Origin: Nitrososphaera sp.
GTDB lineage: Archaea; Thermoproteota; Nitrososphaeria; Nitrososphaerales; Nitrososphaeraceae
Assembly (NCBI GenBank): GCA_025450475.1
Contig: JANWHJ010000038.1
Span: forward strand, 1-37,837
Reading direction: 5' to 3'
Length of the DNA stretch: 37,837 bases
The position numbers were made by a program, and so were the translations under genes. The notes beneath the pieces were generated by a model that ran no database searches, was not told the DNA's origin, and was given only the letters and a program-made list of their open reading frames with translations. The first letter of the stretch is position 1. The number at the start of each line of letters is the position of its first letter. Shown one piece after another: positions 34,192-37,837 of this stretch.

Positions 34192-35688
34192 TCAAAGCTC
34201 TGAAATATCAACGACTAGTCGGGCATTTAGCCTTGCAGCCAAGGCGGCATGCTTCATGAATTCGTCTGCCACGATTATTGTTTCTTCAAACCTACTGACA
34301 AAATCTTTCAAGGATTCGATGAACGTTGGATAGTCCTCGGGTCTGTGGCCTGACTTTGGGGCAAGGTTGTGCGAAGAGGGAAAGACATCAGATATTTCGG
34401 CTGGGATGATCCCGAGGAAAGGGCTGTAGCTACAGATCTGAGCATCAGGGAATTTCCTTACAACATCCCTGTAGCTCCGGGTAGTGTAGAACGGGTGGAC
34501 CTGACCCTCAGGGCACAGGACCAGCTTTTTCCTGCGTGACTGAAAAGCAACCACCGCCCTTCTGAACCTCCTTGCCTCAGGTCGATGCTGGTCTATGGGT
34601 TCATAGAAAAAGATCGCCCTTTCTTTGAAGAGGGGCGTGCCGTCCTCGAGAATCTCGATGTCCTTGAAGAGCTGTGCCGCTTCCATCAGCTTTGGGTGTG
34701 CCCGCGCCTTTTGCATGACGTATTCCCACAACTTGCCGTCCATTATTGCCTGCTTGACAAAGTCGACTTCTCCCTTGAGTATGTGGAGGTTGTGCTTTGC
34801 AACTTGGATTGTACACTCGTCCCGCTCCATCATTCGTAACTCCTGCAAACTGTGAGAGGAGCACACCGGGCACTGACAGGGCAAATAGACAAGCTCTTCA
34901 AGCCTGACCGTCCCGCTTGGCGTCATGTACCTGCCGTCTTTTGCGTACAGCATGTATGAAGCCGAGTCAAACATGTCACAGCCAAGCGCGATAGCAAGCG
35001 GGATGGTGAGCGGGTGGCCTGCTCCAAAAAGGTGGATGGGCTTGCTCGGGATTATTTTCTTGGCGGAGACAATCATTCGGGCGAGTGTCGCAAATTCATA
35101 GGCCTCCATCAACTCGACCGGACTTCCAAGTGCCATCAGCGGAAAACCCATCCTATCAAGCTCTCTTGCCGAATGTTCGACGAGGTCAGAATGTTCAGCG
35201 CCTTGCACCGGCCCGACCCATATCGCGTCCGTATTGCCCACAACGTCCAGCGTATCCTGCGAATTTTTCAGCGTGGTAGCAACATACTCTTTGGCTATTC
35301 GGTAGTCGAGGCCGTAACCCGTGGGCTTGTCAAGGGGGATAGGGATATCACTCCTTATGTCTTTTTCAAACTGTGCCATCACCACCGGCTCAACTTCAAC
35401 AGATCCATATTCCAAAACCTGGTAACCACCGGAGTCAGTCATGACCACGCCATCGTAACCTATGATGTCGTGTATCCCTCTTTTTCGGGCTTCTTCGCCG
35501 TAATGCCTGAGCGTGATGTATGCGTTAGTGATTACGATTTGAAATCCCATCTTTTTCAAAAAATGGGTGTTGACTGTTTGCTTCACCGGGTGGACGACCG
35601 GAACAAATGCCGGTGTTTCGACGACGCCGTGCGGTGTCTCGAGCCTGCCTATTCTGCCTGCCAGATCCGAGTAACGGACCTCGAACAC
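34192..35688 (-). CDS. tgtA: Archaeosine tRNA-guanine(15) transglycosylase
   Basis: DLAGRIG, ETPAFVPV, MTDSGGYQ, HLFGAGHP, GCDMFDSASY, CQCPVC...HN zinc site; no C-terminal PUA domain. Confidence 0.96.
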   Translation of the reverse strand: MFEVRYSDLAGRIGRLETPHGVVETPAFVPVVHPVKQTVNTHFLKKMGFQIVITNAYITLRHYGEEARKRGIHDIIGYDGVVMTDSGGYQVLEYGSVEVEPVVMAQFEKDIRSDIPIPLDKPTGYGLDYRIAKEYVATTLKNSQDTLDVVGNTDAIWVGPVQGAEHSDLVEHSARELDRMGFPLMALGSPVELMEAYEFATLARMIVSAKKIIPSKPIHLFGAGHPLTIPLAIALGCDMFDSASYMLYAKDGRYMTPSGTVRLEELVYLPCQCPVCSSHSLQELRMMERDECTIQVAKHNLHILKGEVDFVKQAIMDGKLWEYVMQKARAHPKLMEAAQLFKDIEILEDGTPLFKERAIFFYEPIDQHRPEARRFRRAVVAFQSRRKKLVLCPEGQVHPFYTTRSYRDVVRKFPDAQICSYSPFLGIIPAEISDVFPSSHNLAPKSGHRPEDYPTFIESLKDFVSRFEETIIVADEFMKHAALAARLNARLVVDISEL

Positions 35689-35690
35689 AA

Positions 35691-36104
35691 CTACCTCTTT
35701 GTCTCCTTCATGAAATCGTCATAGATTGACCTGACCCTATCCGCGGAAAGTCCCGAGCCTTCCTCTACGCCGGACTGGGTCACCTTTATCTTGTCCATAA
35801 CGATTATCGCGCCGACATCTTCCCTTACTTTGACGAGGCCAGGGAACACCCTTGATAGCCTCTCTGCAAGTGCCTTAAAGTCAAACGGCTTTTCCATCAG
35901 TCTTATCTCTTTGACGAACGCGCCGTTGATGATCACCTTCATTATGCCGTGCCCTTCGACCTTGTCCAGCACGACATCGAGTTTATCGTCGATTCCTGCG
36001 AGCGTACCATTGTAAACTTTTTGATCCGAAGTTTCTACAGAGACTTTTTTTCCAAGGAAGTGGAACGCCTCCTCTCCAAATTTGCGGGTAACTAATGCAG
36101 CCAT
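35691..36104 (-). CDS. Lsm/Sm-like RNA-binding protein with C-terminal extension (SmAP3-like)
   Basis: Sm1 (KKVSVET...YNGTLAGID..LDVVL) and Sm2 (IINGAFVKEI) plus C-terminal domain; ATG 36104 with TATATA upstream. Confidence 0.88.
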   Translation of the reverse strand: MAALVTRKFGEEAFHFLGKKVSVETSDQKVYNGTLAGIDDKLDVVLDKVEGHGIMKVIINGAFVKEIRLMEKPFDFKALAERLSRVFPGLVKVREDVGAIIVMDKIKVTQSGVEEGSGLSADRVRSIYDDFMKETKR

Positions 36105-36416
36105 TGCTTGATTGGTATCTCTAGAGCAGTATATATACGAATTTTTATGTTGCAGCGGGACTGACCAACACCCTGATGCAGTTGAGTGTGATCTCATGCA
36201 CTCCACTTGCGGGAACTGTTAAGCTAGCAATGCCGAGCTTTTCTTGTAGAAATAAACGTCAACGTGGGTGCGATCAGACAAAGTGATCCGCATGGACGGC
36301 CGCGGTAGCTTTTCTGACGACAATCTTCTCCCTGAGCGTCCCTGCCTTGACTGCTTGCATCTTTCATCCGCTTCCTGCTCATCAACATCATTTATCGGGA
36401 CGCAAAAATGTAAACG

Positions 36417-36977
36417 CTAGTATTCAAAGAACCTTTGCATGTCGCCGCGCTCTGAAACCAGGGTCAGCCAGTCTATTCCTGCAGGTTTTGGTCTTTTGCG
36501 CAGGGCTCGCAATATTTCGCCAGCAGTCTGATCCGGTGCCCTGCCGGTGGTGTCAAATTCAATGACTTTGCGTTTGCCAAATGTCTTTACTGAATCATAT
36601 AGCGACACGCCCAAGATCTCGCTCGCCAGATTTTCCCTCCTCTTCTCTGCGTTGTATCCCCGCTTCTCAAGAGTCTTTACAAGCTCGTAGGGCGACCTCC
36701 GCAGGACGGCCACCATGCTGATGCCTTCCGGCTTGATTACATATGGAGCAAGGTGCCCGACTACAATCTGGTGCTTCCTCGGCTTTGTCATCCTGGCAAG
36801 TAACCTGGCCAGCTTTTTCACGTCGACTTCAAGGCCATGGCTGGTTTTTTTTGCAATTGAGTCACCATCGATCGCGACATTGTTGATGTCGATTATCTCA
36901 GCATCGAGCTTTTCCGCAACTATTTTGGCGCTAGTGTGTTTGCCGGCGCCGGGGTTGCCTGTAATGACCAGCTTCAA
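36417..36977 (-). CDS. Adenylate kinase of the AK6/Fap7 type
   Basis: ITGNPGAGKHT P-loop, VVGHL, RGY..EK..EN..SE and DTT motifs. Confidence 0.88.
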   Translation of the reverse strand: MKLVITGNPGAGKHTSAKIVAEKLDAEIIDINNVAIDGDSIAKKTSHGLEVDVKKLARLLARMTKPRKHQIVVGHLAPYVIKPEGISMVAVLRRSPYELVKTLEKRGYNAEKRRENLASEILGVSLYDSVKTFGKRKVIEFDTTGRAPDQTAGEILRALRKRPKPAGIDWLTLVSERGDMQRFFEY

Positions 36978-37030
36978 CCAAAACCATATCTGCGATACAC
37001 TATTTATTCTTGGAGTCCAAAAGTATACTC

Positions 37031-37147
37031 ATGCGCACCTGCGAGTCGTGCGGTAGGGTCAGGTTCTACTCGCTAAACTTTCTGTTTTCAACAACTGTGT
37101 GCAACGAATGTTATCTGAAGATGAAGGAAAGAAAACAGAAAGGCTAG
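37031..37147 (+). CDS. 38-aa zinc-finger microprotein (not in ORF track)
   Basis: MRTCESCGRVRFYSLNFLFSTTVCNECYLKMKERKQKG*; TATA-like TATTTATT about 25 nt upstream. Confidence 0.55.
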   Translation: MRTCESCGRVRFYSLNFLFSTTVCNECYLKMKERKQKG

Positions 37148-37557
37148 TTTTGCGCGCTACCGCACTTTGTGCAGAATTTCGCGTTTGCCTTCAGCTTGTC
37201 GCCGCAGCTGATGCAGAACTTTGACCCTTCTTCGAGCATCTGCCTGTCAAGCGAAGTTAGTTGCGGCGGAGCCATCGCATCAGTTGGCGCAGATCCTTTT
37301 ACGCCATACATTTCGGTGACTGCCCCGGTTGGCCTGAACGAGTCGTCAGTGTCCGGCGTCAGATCCGAATATTTCTTGCTCCCCTTTTCCTCGAGGTAGA
37401 GCAAAAGCCGCGGGCCCCGCTCGCCGCCTGGGAGGCTGACAGGCTCCCCAAGCCACAGCGCAAACTTTCTCAGAGTCATCTCGGGAGTGGAAAACGTTAG
37501 CGTGTGGGTCGACATGTATTCCTCAGTGGCAGCCCTACCGTTGAACACCTTTGCCAT
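37144..37557 (-). CDS. Zinc-ribbon domain protein
   Basis: C-terminal FCISCG...AKFCTKCGS motif. Confidence 0.85.
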   Translation of the reverse strand: MAKVFNGRAATEEYMSTHTLTFSTPEMTLRKFALWLGEPVSLPGGERGPRLLLYLEEKGSKKYSDLTPDTDDSFRPTGAVTEMYGVKGSAPTDAMAPPQLTSLDRQMLEEGSKFCISCGDKLKANAKFCTKCGSAQN

Positions 37558-37588
37558 TGGAAAAAGAGTGCATGAAAGTGGCTATTAA

Positions 37589-37837
37589 TTATTGCGACTT
37601 GCCGCACTTGCTGCAGAACTTGGCCTGCGCCGGTATGGACGCACCGCAGATGATACAGCTCTTGGTGCCCGCGCGGGGCCTCGGAAGCTCGATGTCGACC
37701 GGCTTGAACGTTGGCTCCTGCTGCTGGGGCGAAGGAAGAGTGTATCCGCCTGCCGCCGTCCCTGCTGTCCCGCCGGCGCTTACAAAGCCACCCAAACCAA
37801 ACCCTGCCTGTGGCGCTGACGTGTACGAGCTTCCAGC
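37589..37837 (-). CDS. Zinc-ribbon domain protein, 3' part (truncated by window edge)
   Basis: Frame is open to the window end; Gly/Ala/Pro linker, then CIICG...AKFCSKCG. Confidence 0.8.
   Translation of the reverse strand, partial: AGSSYTSAPQAGFGLGGFVSAGGTAGTAAGGYTLPSPQQQEPTFKPVDIELPRPRAGTKSCIICGASIPAQAKFCSKCGKSQ

Noticed and set aside
36210-36400. Broken minus-strand frames (KIVVRKATAA...) suggesting a decayed GNAT gene
   Set aside because: Only one short motif; insufficient evidence.
1-37837. CRISPR array, rRNA, IS elements
   Set aside because: No regularly spaced repeats, rRNA-like sequence or transposase ORF seen.

Overview
Archaeal chromosomal window, most likely from an ammonia-oxidising Nitrososphaerota (Thaumarchaeota, Nitrososphaera-like). 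This is inferred from TFB, Cdc48, proteasome subunits, GTP cyclohydrolase III, TgtA, a stand-alone Lrp/AsnC domain, TATA-type promoters and many zinc-finger small proteins. In order it holds: the distal riboflavin operon (ribE end, ribB, ribH, gch3, an amidohydrolase, reductase); tfb and cdc48; a HerA/DUF87-like ATPase with a Cys/His repeat tail; hflX; an Mrr-like protein; proline catabolism genes; IMPase/FBPase; and a tRNA-Asp(GUC) with a non-canonical 15/16 intron. Next is a putative stress/proteostasis cluster (HxlR regulator, divergent proteasome alpha plus propeptide-less beta, wHTH protein, SUI1 homologue, cytoplasmic HtrA, FMN reductase, pirin). It is followed by mscS-like, nadM, metG, Rieske ferredoxin, cysS, a bactofilin-like gene, a beta-CASP nuclease, tandem methyltransferase-like paralogues, ferredoxin, tgtA, Lsm and an AK6-like kinase. 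The strongest unexplained signal is an inverted repeat (T/C)GACC-N16-GGTCA sitting exactly 30 bp upstream of three start codons (proteasome beta, HtrA, FMN reductase). It suggests a co-regulated alternative-proteasome/protein quality-control regulon. Several microproteins below the 60-aa ORF cut-off were also read by eye. No CRISPR array, rRNA or transposase was seen. All family calls come from motif recognition, not database searches.
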